61,552 nt of DNA from NCBI GenBank assembly GCA_964642815.1, contig CAZXSA010000001.1:1-61552 (forward strand), given 5' to 3'. The translations under genes were made by a program, and so were the position numbers. This DNA comes from an uncultured Planctomycetales bacterium. Its GTDB lineage: Bacteria > Planctomycetota > Phycisphaerae > UBA1845 > PWPN01. Under the pieces are notes generated by a model. That model ran no database searches, was not told the origin of the DNA, and saw only the letters and a program-made list of their open reading frames with translations. This document shows, in pieces, positions 48,217 through 59,078 of the stretch (the first letter of the stretch is position 1; each line of letters begins with the position of its first letter).

Positions 48217-48792
48217 ATGCACGGTGTTGTATTGATCGGGGCCTCGACCGGCGCCCCTCGTACGCATCATTTATATCTGGAAGCCATGCCGATGGGTTTC
48301 CCGGCCGCCGTGGTGGTTATTCAACATATGCCTCGTGGACCTTTCATTCATGGTTTTATGCGTTACCTGGAGGACAGCGTGGCGATTTCGGCCCGGCTGG
48401 CCCAAAACGGCGATCCGCTCGGACCGGGTAAGGTTCTGGTCGTCGAGCCGGGTTATCACCTTCGCTTTCGAGCGGATCGACGGACGGTGAATGTGCGTCC
48501 GGCGCAGGGAGAAAACTATTTCGCCCCGTCCATGGATGTCGCGTTCACGAGCGCGGCGGAGATGTTTGGCCGGCATACGGGCGTGGCCATGCTCTCGGGC
48601 CTGCACGCCGAGCATGACGGCCTGGCCGGCTGTCAGGCCGTTCGACAGGCCGGCGGCAAGGTGCTGGTGACGGACCCGGCCACCACCCCCTGCTATCACA
48701 TGATCCGACAGGTCCGGGAGGCCGACGCGTACGACGCGGAAGCGTCCTTGTTTGACATCTTGACGGTCTTATCGAATTGGATGAGGAACTGA
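48217..48792 (+). CDS. CheB-type methylesterase catalytic domain protein lacking a receiver domain
   Basis: VVLIGASTGAP (Ser nucleophile context), VVVIQHMP (His) and VLVTDP (Asp) match the CheB_methylest triad blocks. At only 191 aa there is no N-terminal REC. Confidence 0.75.
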   Translation: MHGVVLIGASTGAPRTHHLYLEAMPMGFPAAVVVIQHMPRGPFIHGFMRYLEDSVAISARLAQNGDPLGPGKVLVVEPGYHLRFRADRRTVNVRPAQGENYFAPSMDVAFTSAAEMFGRHTGVAMLSGLHAEHDGLAGCQAVRQAGGKVLVTDPATTPCYHMIRQVREADAYDAEASLFDILTVLSNWMRN

Positions 48793-48795
48793 GTC

Positions 48796-49194
48796 ATGAA
48801 ACCGATCCACAACGGCAAGGTACTGATCGTGGATGATGATTCCAGCACGCGGTTATTGCTTCGCGAAGCCCTCGAATCGCAGGGCCTGCTCACGGAGGAA
48901 GCGGCGGACGGGGCGGAAGCGATTCATGCATATCTGCGAAATGAATTCGACCTGGTCACCATGGATATCATCATGCCGAACGTCAACGGAGTGGACGCGA
49001 TCCATGCCCTGCGCATGGTGGACCCGGGTTGCCGGATCATCGTGGTAACCTCCCGCACCGACGCGCAACTATGCGCCGACATCCGCGATCTGAACGTACC
49101 CTGGGTAATCCGTAAACCGATTCATTTATCCGAGCTATTCGCCGCCGTGAGCTGCGCGCTGTCCGGTTCGATCCGGGAAGCGTTGGCCCTGTAA
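48796..49194 (+). CDS. single-domain response regulator (CheY-like)
   Basis: VLIVDDDSSTR, DLVTMDIIMPNVNG, and VIRKP with the conserved Lys. Confidence 0.85.
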   Translation: MKPIHNGKVLIVDDDSSTRLLLREALESQGLLTEEAADGAEAIHAYLRNEFDLVTMDIIMPNVNGVDAIHALRMVDPGCRIIVVTSRTDAQLCADIRDLNVPWVIRKPIHLSELFAAVSCALSGSIREALAL

Positions 49195-49250
49195 ATCGAG
49201 ATTCGGTCCCCCTGTCGGGCCGAACCGGTTCCGCATGAGGATGAGTCCAC

Positions 49251-52200
49251 ATGGCCACGATACTCATGGTTTCCGAGAACGAGACCGACCCTTCGACCTT
49301 GGCCGACGGGTTTCGGGAGGAAGGCTATGCGGTCGTAACCGCCCACGGCCCCCAACAGGCCATGATCATCGCCACCGAGGCTTGCCCGGATCTTATCGTG
49401 GTGGACATTAAATCGGACGGCGCACAGGGCGTGGAAACATGCCGGCGGTTGAAAGCCGATCCGCATTTGAGCAACTTACCGATCCTCGTGTACGCCGTCG
49501 ATCATGACATGAGGATCATCGGCGAGGCGGCGGCCGCCGGGGCGAACGACTATCTTGTCGGCGAGTTGCCCCGGTCGATCCTCGCGACCCGCCTGCGGGC
49601 CGCGCTGCGGGACGCGGGCGGCCCCTTTGAACTCGGAAACACCCTGGAAAAAGCCCGGCAAGAAGCGGAGACCGCCCCCGTCCTGTCGGCGGAGATTCTG
49701 AAACAACTCAACAACGAAATCCTTGATCGCCGACGCGCGGAAAACCGGTGCCGCGATTCCATGGAGCGTCTGCGGACCATTCTCGATTGCCTGCCGGATA
49801 TCATTCTGCAAACCGATGCGCAAATGAGGATATCGTGGGCCAATCGCGCGGCCCTGGAACGAAATCCGCAGGCCCTTGGTCTGACCTGTTTCAAGGCCAT
49901 GTTCGGCCGGGACGCGATTTGCCCGGGATGTCCCTGTGCCCGCTCCGCGCAAACCGGCTGCATGGAGACCAGCACCGTTCACCATCCAAGACCGATGGGT
50001 GATAACTCCTGGTGGGAAGTGATCGGGATCCCCCTGCCGAACGGACAGGGTTGCCTGGGGGGCATGATTATCGTGGCCCGCAATGTCACAAGCCGGGTGG
50101 AGACCGAGCGTTTCATTCGCGAAAACGAGGAAAGGCTCCAGACGATTCTGGGAAGCGTACAGGTCGGAGTGCTCATCGCCGACGCCGAAACCATGAACAT
50201 CGTCGACGCCAATCTTGCCGCCCTGCGGATCCTGCGCGGCACCCGGAAACAAGTGATCGGGCATCCTTACAATCTGCATACGATCGCGACGGACATGGCC
50301 CACGAGGCTCCACCGGACACCAGCGGAAATAGTAGAATCAACGAGCGTGTTTTACTGACGTTGACCGGCGAACGCCTGGCCGTCTGGGTCAACGTGGTCC
50401 CGATCACCCTGAACGGAAGGCCTCACCTGCTCGAAAGCATCGTCGACATCAGTGATCGAAAGAAGACCGAGGAGCAATTAACCATATTTCGACGGTTCGC
50501 GGAAGCATCCGGGCAGGGTCTGAGCATGGCCGACCTCAACGGCAAGATCACCTATGTCAACCCGGCCCTGAGTCAACTATTGGGCGAAAAAGAGGTGGGA
50601 GCTGTTCTCGGCCGCGACTTGCTGGACTGCTATCCGGAATCCGTCCGTCGCAAGGTGCGGGAGGAGATCATCCCGACGGTCTTTCACGAAGGGCACTGGA
50701 CCGGCGAACTGCCCCTCCAAGGCCGGGACATCGTGCAAACGCTTCAGAATATCTTCCTTCTCCGGGGCGAACGTAACGAACCAATCTGCGTCGCCCAGAT
50801 CGTGACCGACATAAGTGGTATCGAGGACACGGCCAAGCAGCTTCGTCGAAGCAATGTCATGATGGTCGAGGCCCTGCGCCGGGAAAAATGCACCTCCATG
50901 CAACTCGAGGCGGCCTTGGAGCAACTCGAGGCCGCCCGGATGAACGCGGAAGATGCCAGTCTGGCGAAAAGCGAGTTTCTGGCCAACATGAGCCATGAAA
51001 TCCGCACGCCCATGAACGGAATCGTCGGGTTGGTCGACATTCTGCAGCGGACCGAGTTGGATCATAACCAGCGCCGTTACCTGCAAATGATTCAGCAGGC
51101 GACGGATTCCCTCCTGCAGATCATCAACGACGTTCTCGATCTGTCGAAAGTAGAGGCCGGTAAGCTGGAATTGGATATAACCACCTTCAATGTGCGGGAT
51201 TGCGCACGGGACAGCCTGGCCCTTTTCGTCATCCGGGCGGAGGACAAGGGCATAACCTTGAGCAGCGATATCGCCCCATCGGTTCCCGATTGGGTGGTAG
51301 GTGACGCCGGCCGGCTGCGCCAGATTCTGCTTAACCTGCTCGGAAACGCCGTCAAGTTCACCGACAAAGGCAGCGTGCGTCTGGAAATCAAACCCGAAAA
51401 TCCCGATTCGGCCCGACCGGATGGCGGGCTGGACCTGCTCTTCGCGGTGGTGGATACCGGAGTAGGCGTCCCCCCCGCCCAACAGGAAATGATTTTCGAG
51501 GCCTTTGCGCAGGCCGATCCTTCCGTGACTCGCCGCTATGGCGGCACCGGGCTGGGCTTGGCCATCACTTCGCGTCTGGTCGAGTTGATGGGGGGTCGGA
51601 TTTGGATAAAAAGCGAACCCGGCCAAGGCAGTACGTTCTATTTCAGGGTCCACCTCGGTATCGCCGAACCAAGCCAGGCGGGCCAAACCGATCATGAGCT
51701 TACAAAGATGCCCGGCAGCACGGTATCACCCCAGAAAGAGACGGCGACCGATCCCGCGGATGACATGGGTCACGATCTCCGGCGGTTACGGATTCTTCTG
51801 GCGGAAGATAATCCCGTCAATCAGGAAGTCGCCGGCCTCATGCTGCGGGAGATGGGCCACGAGGTGGTCGTCGTGAGTGACGGACGAGCGGTCCTTGATG
51901 CCTTGGAAAGCGGCAGTGACCCGTACGATCTGGTGCTCATGGACGTGCAGATGCCTATTCTGAACGGGTTGGAAGCAACCGCCATGATCCGGAAGGCGGA
52001 AGCGGGGCAAGCCAAGCATCAGCCGATTATCGCGATGACCGCCTATGCCATGCAGGGCGACCGCGAGCGCTGCCTGGCCGCGGGCATGGATGATTATATC
52101 AGCAAGCCGATCAAGGCCCGCGTTCTGATCGACATGCTGACCAAATGGTCGCGTAAAATTAGAGATTTGCGGCCGATTACCGAGAATCCAAGCGATCGGC

Positions 52201-52649
52201 AGGCTACCCACAAAAATGAGACTTGTCCAGACAACAACGAAGCGTATCACGCGAATCCCATCGATATCGCCGCGGCCCTGGAAAACCTCGCGGGAAACCA
52301 ACACATTCTCAAGCGGGTCGTGGAATTGTTTCAAAACAACGTAGGCAAGACGCTTGGCGAGCTCAAAGCGGCGTTTCAGGCCGGCGATGCGACGCTCTTG
52401 AAGGTTACGGCTCATGGCCTAAAAGGAGCGGCGTCCAACATTTGCGCGGAATCGATCCGCCGGACGGCCGAGCACCTGGAACAAGAGGCCGAGGTCGGCC
52501 GCCTGGATGACGTGGGCGAGATACTCGAGCAATTGACTTGCCAAGTGAACGAGTTGTGCCAATATCTGGCCCAAACGCCCACGGCATGGTCTTTGGATGG
52601 CGGCGGGGGCAGTCATTTGATGTCGACTTGCGGGGCGGTCTGTTCTTAA
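49251..52649 (+). CDS. hybrid sensor histidine kinase: REC - PAS x3 - HisKA - HATPase_c - REC - Hpt
   Basis: H-box [20 protein letters not shown]-box [10 protein letters not shown]-boxes DTGVGVP and [14 protein letters not shown]. Receiver [12 protein letters not shown]...[13 protein letters not shown]...ISKP. Hpt motif [10 protein letters not shown]. Confidence 0.9.
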   Translation: MATILMVSENETDPSTLADGFREEGYAVVTAHGPQQAMIIATEACPDLIVVDIKSDGAQGVETCRRLKADPHLSNLPILVYAVDHDMRIIGEAAAAGANDYLVGELPRSILATRLRAALRDAGGPFELGNTLEKARQEAETAPVLSAEILKQLNNEILDRRRAENRCRDSMERLRTILDCLPDIILQTDAQMRISWANRAALERNPQALGLTCFKAMFGRDAICPGCPCARSAQTGCMETSTVHHPRPMGDNSWWEVIGIPLPNGQGCLGGMIIVARNVTSRVETERFIRENEERLQTILGSVQVGVLIADAETMNIVDANLAALRILRGTRKQVIGHPYNLHTIATDMAHEAPPDTSGNSRINERVLLTLTGERLAVWVNVVPITLNGRPHLLESIVDISDRKKTEEQLTIFRRFAEASGQGLSMADLNGKITYVNPALSQLLGEKEVGAVLGRDLLDCYPESVRRKVREEIIPTVFHEGHWTGELPLQGRDIVQTLQNIFLLRGERNEPICVAQIVTDISGIEDTAKQLRRSNVMMVEALRREKCTSMQLEAALEQLEAARMNAEDASLAKSEFLANMSHEIRTPMNGIVGLVDILQRTELDHNQRRYLQMIQQATDSLLQIINDVLDLSKVEAGKLELDITTFNVRDCARDSLALFVIRAEDKGITLSSDIAPSVPDWVVGDAGRLRQILLNLLGNAVKFTDKGSVRLEIKPENPDSARPDGGLDLLFAVVDTGVGVPPAQQEMIFEAFAQADPSVTRRYGGTGLGLAITSRLVELMGGRIWIKSEPGQGSTFYFRVHLGIAEPSQAGQTDHELTKMPGSTVSPQKETATDPADDMGHDLRRLRILLAEDNPVNQEVAGLMLREMGHEVVVVSDGRAVLDALESGSDPYDLVLMDVQMPILNGLEATAMIRKAEAGQAKHQPIIAMTAYAMQGDRERCLAAGMDDYISKPIKARVLIDMLTKWSRKIRDLRPITENPSDRQATHKNETCPDNNEAYHANPIDIAAALENLAGNQHILKRVVELFQNNVGKTLGELKAAFQAGDATLLKVTAHGLKGAASNICAESIRRTAEHLEQEAEVGRLDDVGEILEQLTCQVNELCQYLAQTPTAWSLDGGGGSHLMSTCGAVCS

Positions 52650-52706
52650 TCCACCGAACCCACGGCCGCCCCGCAGGATCAATTTCATCTCTAACCTGAT
52701 CGATCC

Positions 52707-53930
52707 CTACAACGAATATCGAGGGATCTTCAGGGTTTCCCCATCCTTCATCGCGGACAAATGGGCGTAGTATCCGGGGACGGTCATATTCAGGGCGTCA
52801 ATAACGCCGACCGCCGCCGTTCGGCCTCGAAGGATCGCATCGATGAAATCGTCACCGAGGTAGCCGTGCGAGCCGCCGTGCCCGCCCGGCACAACCCCCG
52901 GCGGCAAGGCGTATTTCTTGAGTTGCAGGCCGTTCGCCAAGGCCTCATCGTAGCGTTTCTTGCCGGTCGCGTCGCCGGTGAACGTCTTGTTGAATCCGCC
53001 ATACTCGCCGCGAATGCGCCCCGCTTCCAGGTACTCGCCCTGCGAACGACAGACGATCATCCGGGAAATCCCGCCTTCGGCGGTCCGGAACAAGCCGACT
53101 TCCGAGGTGAAGATATTCCCATTCGCGTTCGGAACCCGTCGGGATTCGTCGAAATGCGCCGTGCCCCGGCATGTGACGTCGATAAAACTCTTGTGCGTCA
53201 CGCCGACATAGTAGGCCGTCGCGTGCGTCGGATACCACATGGGGACGCTGTTACTCCTCCAGCCCTTGTGCGAGCCGAGGGGCGGGGCGTCGAGAGAATG
53301 AGGGTGGCAATATTCGCCTTCGCTGTAAACAATGTGGCCGAACACATCGGCGCTGTAGAGCTTTTCCATCGCGTACACGTCGTCATGGAAGATGGAAGTC
53401 TCGAACATGGCATAGACCAGCCCCTTGTTGCGCTTGCAACATTCCAGAAGCCTTTCGGCGTTCTCGATATCGCCCCAGAACGCCGGAACCGCGGTGGCCA
53501 CATGCTTGCCGTGCTCCATGCAGAGTATGGCGTGCTTGGCGTGGGAAGGGGCGTCGGTGGCGCAGAAGATGGCCTCGATCGAATCGTCCTTGACCATTTC
53601 CTCCAGCGATGGGTAGGTCTTTTTGCATTTCGCCTTTTCGGCCATCTCGGCCAGACGATCCGGATACAAATCGCTGACCGCGACCAACTCGACGTTGGGG
53701 TGGTTCTGAAGGCTGAACGCCAGCCCGAACTTGCATACGCCGTGGCCGACGATTCCAACCCGGACCTTGCGGTCGCTGAAAGGCTTCCATTCCTTCGTTT
53801 GGTCCTGGTCGGTTTTCGTCTGGTCAAAGCCGGGTATGGTCTCGGCCGCTTGCGTACTCTTGGCCAGGATACTTCCGGCAACGGCCGCGGCCGATGAGGC
53901 CAGGAACGATCTACGGGAAACGTGTGACAT
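52707..53930 (-). CDS. TAT-exported Gfo/Idh/MocA family oxidoreductase
   Basis: Track ORF trimmed to Met91 (GGAAGGAG upstream). Twin-arginine signal MSHVSRRSFLASSAAAVAG...TQA. Rossmann start VRVGIVGHGVCKFG. Confidence 0.8.
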   Translation of the reverse strand: MSHVSRRSFLASSAAAVAGSILAKSTQAAETIPGFDQTKTDQDQTKEWKPFSDRKVRVGIVGHGVCKFGLAFSLQNHPNVELVAVSDLYPDRLAEMAEKAKCKKTYPSLEEMVKDDSIEAIFCATDAPSHAKHAILCMEHGKHVATAVPAFWGDIENAERLLECCKRNKGLVYAMFETSIFHDDVYAMEKLYSADVFGHIVYSEGEYCHPHSLDAPPLGSHKGWRSNSVPMWYPTHATAYYVGVTHKSFIDVTCRGTAHFDESRRVPNANGNIFTSEVGLFRTAEGGISRMIVCRSQGEYLEAGRIRGEYGGFNKTFTGDATGKKRYDEALANGLQLKKYALPPGVVPGGHGGSHGYLGDDFIDAILRGRTAAVGVIDALNMTVPGYYAHLSAMKDGETLKIPRYSL

Positions 53931-54283
53931 GTCAGGATACTCCTTCCGCCAGGACGGGCCCAAACCCCTCGAGCGCGCACCTGACGGGGTTTCACTCTCC
54001 GATGAAAACAAAGACTTTGATTCCGGGAATATAGCCCACCGAACGGGCAAATCAAGCCACGATACCGGCCGGGTATGGATTCCTCGCTTCCGGAGGAAAA
54101 TATTTTGTAAATTCGCTTTTTTTAGGGTATACTTACCGTAGACGGGCAAAATCGGATCATCAAAGACAACATGCAAGCCGGCACCGGCAATCGACGACAA
54201 GGCATTCCCAAACCGGCCGGGGTGGTCGTCCGTGTTGTCGTTTATGGATGGGATGATCCCTTTCAGGCCGCCGGAGGAGCGGC

Positions 54284-56236
54284 ATGTATCCGCTACGACT
54301 AAAACGGGCGTTACGGACTATCTCGGGTTGTCTGGTGTTTTTCATGTCGGCCATTCATCCCGCCTGGGGCCAGCGCACCCTTGAGGCGAATGTTTATCGC
54401 GACAAATTGCGCGGCATGTGGTTCGGACAACTGATTGGCAACCACAGCGGACGTGATTTTGAAGGAAAATATTGCACGCGCGAGGCGGCCCCGGACGAAC
54501 TGTTTCAATGGGTCATCAAATCCAGCTACGAAGATCCCTGGACCGGTGACGATGACACCAATTTTGAATACCTGTATCTGCACACGCTGGAGACTTACGG
54601 AATCGATCCGAGTTACGCACAAATTCAGGATGAATGGGATCAACATGTCCCCCTGACCGGCATCTATATCGCCAACAAGCAAGCCAAATACCTGATGACC
54701 CATGGTTTTTCGCCCCCAGAAACAGGATCATACACCAACAATATCCACGCTTTCGCGATCGACTCGCAGATCACGACCGAAAGCCTCGGCGCGATCTCTC
54801 CGGGAATGCGGCAATGGGCGATCGAGGCGACCCGCAAATTCGGCGGAGTCACCAACGAGGGATTTTCGTTGCACGCCGCCCAGTTCTACGCGGCCATGTA
54901 CGCGGCCACCGCTTGCGAAAATGATATCGAGGCTATTGTTCTCGCCGGTCAGCGGTGCCTGCCGGCCAGCTCGCGCAGTTACCGGGCTATCCAGGATGTG
55001 CGTGAGTGGTACGCCCAGGATTTACTTGATGAAATACCGGATTGGCGCGAAACCCGACGCAAGATCTATGATTATTATCATGGTGATTATGATTACGGGC
55101 GTTACCAAAACTGGATCGAATCGACCATCAATCTGGCCATCACGACGATGGCCTTGCTTTACGGCCAGGGCGACTTCGAGGAAACGATCAAGATCGCCGT
55201 GTTGGCCGGCTACGATGCCGACTGCAACCCCGCGACGGCCGGTGGTCTGATCGGGATGATCGCGGGTTTTACGGGGTTGCCAACCGATCTGACCGCGCCG
55301 GCCACCGATCATTACCGGGTGCTTTATCGTCCGGGTCTGCCGCAATACGACACGATCAGTAACCTGGCCGCTCGCCTGCAAGCCGTGGGCGAACAGGTGA
55401 TCGTGGCCGAGGGTGGCGGCATCGTCAACGGTACCTACACTTTGCCCGATGAACTCCCCGTGACCACGGAACCCGAAATACCCGATCCGAACGGGCCGAC
55501 CGGTCTGGTGGCCGCCGCCCTCGACGCCGGCTGGATCATTACCTGCTCGGCCAGTATCGCAAAACACAATCCCCTGAACGACCGTCAGAACCTGGAAAGT
55601 ATCATCGACGGGATCGTTGATGTGCGCTACAACGGCCATCTGCCTTATTCCACCAATGACGGCAATAACCCTCAACCGGCCGGCGGTGATTATTATCAGG
55701 TTAACTTTCCTCAAGCGGTCCGCCTCGATGCGCTAACCTTTTACGAGGGGGATGCCTTGGGGGCATACAATTCAGACCCGCGGGTAGTGGGTTTGACCGG
55801 TGGTTATTTCGAAACCCTCGATGTCGAGGTGCATACCGGCCAGGGCTGGGTTTCGGTCCAGAGCCTCATGTTCAGTGAACCGCTGGATCCTTTCAAGGCG
55901 TATCAGGTGATTGAGTTGTCTTTTGATCGTCTTTGGGGCAATGGCATCCGTATTCGGGGGACCGCCGGCGGGACTTATCAATATACCACCATCACGGAGT
56001 TGGTCGTTCATGGGGCCCTGGTGGCCGCCGATTTTAACGGTGATAATCATGTGGATCAGGACGATTATGCGCATTTTCAAAATTGCGCAACCGCACCGGG
56101 GATCGTTCAGACCCTATTGCTCTGCCGCGAGGCCGACCTCGACGCCGACGGCGACGTGGACCAGGACGACTTTGCGGTCTTCCAGAGATGCCACAGCGGT
56201 GCGGACAACCCGGTGGACCCAAACTGCGCGGATTGA
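54284..56236 (+). CDS. secreted ADP-ribosylglycohydrolase-fold protein with C-terminal beta-sandwich (discoidin-like) region and 4-Cys dockerin-like tail
   Basis: Signal-like N-terminus. LRGMWFGQLIGNHSGRDFEG and LAGYDADCNPATAGGLIGMIAG are ARH-family metal-site blocks. The tail at 56027..56233 is DFNGDNHVDQDD...DLDADGDVDQDDFAVFQRCHSG. Confidence 0.7.
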   Translation: MYPLRLKRALRTISGCLVFFMSAIHPAWGQRTLEANVYRDKLRGMWFGQLIGNHSGRDFEGKYCTREAAPDELFQWVIKSSYEDPWTGDDDTNFEYLYLHTLETYGIDPSYAQIQDEWDQHVPLTGIYIANKQAKYLMTHGFSPPETGSYTNNIHAFAIDSQITTESLGAISPGMRQWAIEATRKFGGVTNEGFSLHAAQFYAAMYAATACENDIEAIVLAGQRCLPASSRSYRAIQDVREWYAQDLLDEIPDWRETRRKIYDYYHGDYDYGRYQNWIESTINLAITTMALLYGQGDFEETIKIAVLAGYDADCNPATAGGLIGMIAGFTGLPTDLTAPATDHYRVLYRPGLPQYDTISNLAARLQAVGEQVIVAEGGGIVNGTYTLPDELPVTTEPEIPDPNGPTGLVAAALDAGWIITCSASIAKHNPLNDRQNLESIIDGIVDVRYNGHLPYSTNDGNNPQPAGGDYYQVNFPQAVRLDALTFYEGDALGAYNSDPRVVGLTGGYFETLDVEVHTGQGWVSVQSLMFSEPLDPFKAYQVIELSFDRLWGNGIRIRGTAGGTYQYTTITELVVHGALVAADFNGDNHVDQDDYAHFQNCATAPGIVQTLLLCREADLDADGDVDQDDFAVFQRCHSGADNPVDPNCAD

Positions 56237-56355
56237 AATATGAGGGGGGGCACCATACCAAGTTTTATGGGGTGGGCGCTTGTGATTCGCGGCGGCGCGT
56301 GGCTCCACCCCCTAACCCCTTTGTTTCAAGGGGTTTCCATGCCATACTGCCGCCG

Positions 56356-57369
56356 TCAGATCATGCCCTGTTCGCGCAGGCGTTGAAGGACGCCCTGGGT
56401 GATCTGGCCGATACGGTCTTCCTCGGGGCGGCCGGTACGCGGCGGGCAGCCTTCGTGCGGGGGCTCGACGTAGCCAAAATCGGCGAGGATACATTGCAGG
56501 ACGCGCTGCAGGGCGGCGCGATCGATACTCTGGGTTTCGCTGAGCGGCTGGCGGCTACGGCCCATGGCCAGGCCGCGCAGCTCGACGGCCGCCCGGAAGC
56601 CTTCGGGGAAATCTGCGGAGTAGACCATCGCATCGAACAGTTCGAGCAGGCGATATTGCAGAGTCATCGCCTCATCGAGACGGCCCGCGCGGGTCAGGTC
56701 GTACATCCGGCGGGTCAGTTCAGGCACCACACCGCTGGTGGCGTGCGTGCCGCCGTCGCAGCCGACGATGAGCATGGGCACGAGGACGGCCTCCCAGCCG
56801 GTGAGGAACGAAAAGTCCGGGCGCATCGGGCGTACGGCGGCGATCATCCGCATCATGTGGGCCAGATCGCCGGACGAATCCTTGATCCCGACGATGCGTT
56901 CGAGTTCGGCCAGGCGGCGGATGGTCGGCACGTCGATCGGGCTGGCGAACATGGGGATGTTGTAAAGGGTCACGTCGATCGGCGAATGGAGGGCGATTTC
57001 GCGGAAATAGGCATAGACCGATTCCGGACTGAGCCGGTAATAGAAGGGCGAGACGATGGCCACCGCCCGAGCCCCGCAGCCGGCATAGTTTTCGCAGGCT
57101 TGAAGAGTCTCGCGGGTATTGGCCTCGGCCGCTCCGGCCAGCACCGGTACTCGCCCGGCGGCCTGATCGCACACGATCTCCACGATCCGCCGCCGTTCCT
57201 CCGGCGTAAAGCGCACGAATTCGCCCGTCGAGCCGTTGGGATACAGGCCGTGCACCCCGCGCTCGATCAACCAATCGATATAAAGGCGCAGTTCGGGCTC
57301 ATTGATCCGCCCCTGCTCGTCCAGCGGGACCATGTGCGGAGTGAAAATACCTTGTATTTGACCGGCCAT
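56356..57369 (-). CDS. dihydrodipicolinate synthase / N-acetylneuraminate lyase family (class I aldolase)
   Basis: [45 protein letters not shown] and [10 protein letters not shown] (Schiff-base Lys context). Confidence 0.8.
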   Translation of the reverse strand: MAGQIQGIFTPHMVPLDEQGRINEPELRLYIDWLIERGVHGLYPNGSTGEFVRFTPEERRRIVEIVCDQAAGRVPVLAGAAEANTRETLQACENYAGCGARAVAIVSPFYYRLSPESVYAYFREIALHSPIDVTLYNIPMFASPIDVPTIRRLAELERIVGIKDSSGDLAHMMRMIAAVRPMRPDFSFLTGWEAVLVPMLIVGCDGGTHATSGVVPELTRRMYDLTRAGRLDEAMTLQYRLLELFDAMVYSADFPEGFRAAVELRGLAMGRSRQPLSETQSIDRAALQRVLQCILADFGYVEPPHEGCPPRTGRPEEDRIGQITQGVLQRLREQGMI

Positions 57370-57629
57370 GTCCGTCTCCCGTCGCGCGGCTGTATGTGTT
57401 TAGCGACCATGCATGCCCCTCCCGGTATGGCTAATCAGACCCCCAAGCGCAAGCGCGGGGCCGAAGCGAGGGAGATTTTCGGCGTTCGTTGAGACACACG
57501 CCACCGGCCCGTCGCTCCCGCTCCGGGTTCTGTTAGCATAGTCGCTAAACACATACGCGCGGCTATCGCGCGTATTGTATGCGTAACGTAAAGGAAGATA
57601 GCATTCCCGGTGGGCCTGTCAATTCGGTC

Positions 57630-59078
57630 TTACCAGGTAATCATAATCTCCGCCCGGAGGAAACAGGCGGGATCGTTGCGTTCGTTGGAGTAATAATCAC
57701 CGGGGAAGAAGTATTCGGAAAGCAGATGCCCGCTGAGAAAGCGGTTGAACTGGTATTTCATCAGGGCGGTGAGCAGTTGGCCGCGGAAGCATCCGCTGTT
57801 GCTGAACCCGCTCGTGCCGGCGTAGGTGTTCTGGTCGGCGAAGAGCAGGTGGTAATCGGCGCAAAGTTCCATTTTCTTGGTGGGGTTGCCGGTCCAGCCG
57901 AAGCCTACCCGATGCATGTTGGTCACGTCGCCGATTCGCCCGCCCTCGCCGATGTTCGTGTAAATGTACATCTCGCTGAAGCGCGGCCAGCGGCCCCAGA
58001 GGATATCGAACGCCTCGTTGGTGTCCGTGTCCGGATCGTCCCCGGAAAGGTATTCGTAGTCGAGCCGAAAACGGTTGTTCCACGTGTCCTTCAGTTCGTA
58101 GCTGAGCCGATTCAGCGAGCCGAGTGCGCACAGCGTGGCGTCGTTCTTGTGCCCGAACTGTCCGGCGATATCCCCCCGCAGCTTCAAACGGTCGGTGAAT
58201 CCGTGCTCGCCCATGAGGCCGAAGGTGTAAATCTCCGCGTCATATCCGCGAGCGGTGGTCTTGCTGCCTTTCTTATAGATGAAGTATCCGTCCAGTTGAG
58301 TGCGGTCCAAGGAGTTGTTGGTCAACCACGCGATGACCCCGGTTTCGTCCTGTTCAACCACGTAAAGGTCGCGGTCGCGCATGGGGTTGAACCAGTTGTC
58401 CTGCTCGGCGTCGTTTTCCAGATAGATCAGGTCGAGTTTGGTTTTCGCGTCGGCAAAATCGCCGGTCAGGCGGATCGCGTCGAAATACAACGTGGACGAA
58501 CCGTCGAGCGGCGTGCCGTCCATGACCAGCCAGCGGTCGCCGAGCATGAGTTCCTGACGCCCGGCCTGAATGGTGAAAGGCGAGCCGCCGATCTTGCCGA
58601 GTTTCAGGTTCAGCAAATCGAACACGGTCGAGGTCGGCTGCCAGTTGTCGAACGATTTCGGCTTGTCGAAATGCTTGCCTTCCCAGGCGAGACGCATGTT
58701 GAACTCGACGTTTTCGACCGGCGTAATCGTGTTCCACCACCGGGCCCGCTGGCGTTGCCAGTGAATTTCGTGATCGGGGTTCTGCTTATCGAGGGTAATG
58801 GCGTTGTTGATATACGCTTCGCGCAGGCGCAGATCGGCGCCCCACTTGAGCCAGGGCACCGGGTTCTTGATCTGGTCCACCCAGTCCCTCATCGGGGCGG
58901 CCGGCGGAGGTCCATCCACCATTTCGCGACGATCGCATCCTTCCGGATGGGGCGCGGTGCTTGGTTGACTGCTCTGGCCTTGGGCCACGTCGAAAGCCAG
59001 ACTGAATACTAGACAAGCCATCCACCCATTCGCGAGGATCATTAGGCGGCGGGGAACGCAAACAACGCTCGTACTCAT
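57630..59078 (-). CDS. alginate-export-type outer-membrane beta-barrel porin
   Basis: Track ORF trimmed to Met107 (signal peptide MSTSVVCVPRRLMILANGWMACLVFSLAFDVAQG). Its ATG overlaps the symporter stop (ATGA). Alternating beta pattern, LRLREAYINN block, C-terminal aromatic residue (ITW). Confidence 0.6.
   Translation of the reverse strand: MSTSVVCVPRRLMILANGWMACLVFSLAFDVAQGQSSQPSTAPHPEGCDRREMVDGPPPAAPMRDWVDQIKNPVPWLKWGADLRLREAYINNAITLDKQNPDHEIHWQRQRARWWNTITPVENVEFNMRLAWEGKHFDKPKSFDNWQPTSTVFDLLNLKLGKIGGSPFTIQAGRQELMLGDRWLVMDGTPLDGSSTLYFDAIRLTGDFADAKTKLDLIYLENDAEQDNWFNPMRDRDLYVVEQDETGVIAWLTNNSLDRTQLDGYFIYKKGSKTTARGYDAEIYTFGLMGEHGFTDRLKLRGDIAGQFGHKNDATLCALGSLNRLSYELKDTWNNRFRLDYEYLSGDDPDTDTNEAFDILWGRWPRFSEMYIYTNIGEGGRIGDVTNMHRVGFGWTGNPTKKMELCADYHLLFADQNTYAGTSGFSNSGCFRGQLLTALMKYQFNRFLSGHLLSEYFFPGDYYSNERNDPACFLRAEIMITW

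Noticed and set aside
56083-57492. 469-aa plus-strand ORF
   Set aside because: It is fully antisense to the DHDPS/NanA-family gene (56356..57369), which has clear family motifs. Its product is Arg/Gly/Ala/His-rich with no recognisable domain. This is a typical GC-rich shadow ORF.
57579-59012. 477-aa plus-strand ORF
   Set aside because: It is antisense to the porin gene. The minus-strand product has a signal peptide, beta-barrel periodicity, a C-terminal aromatic residue and an ATGA junction with the symporter. The plus-strand product is low-complexity (V/G/A/E-rich).
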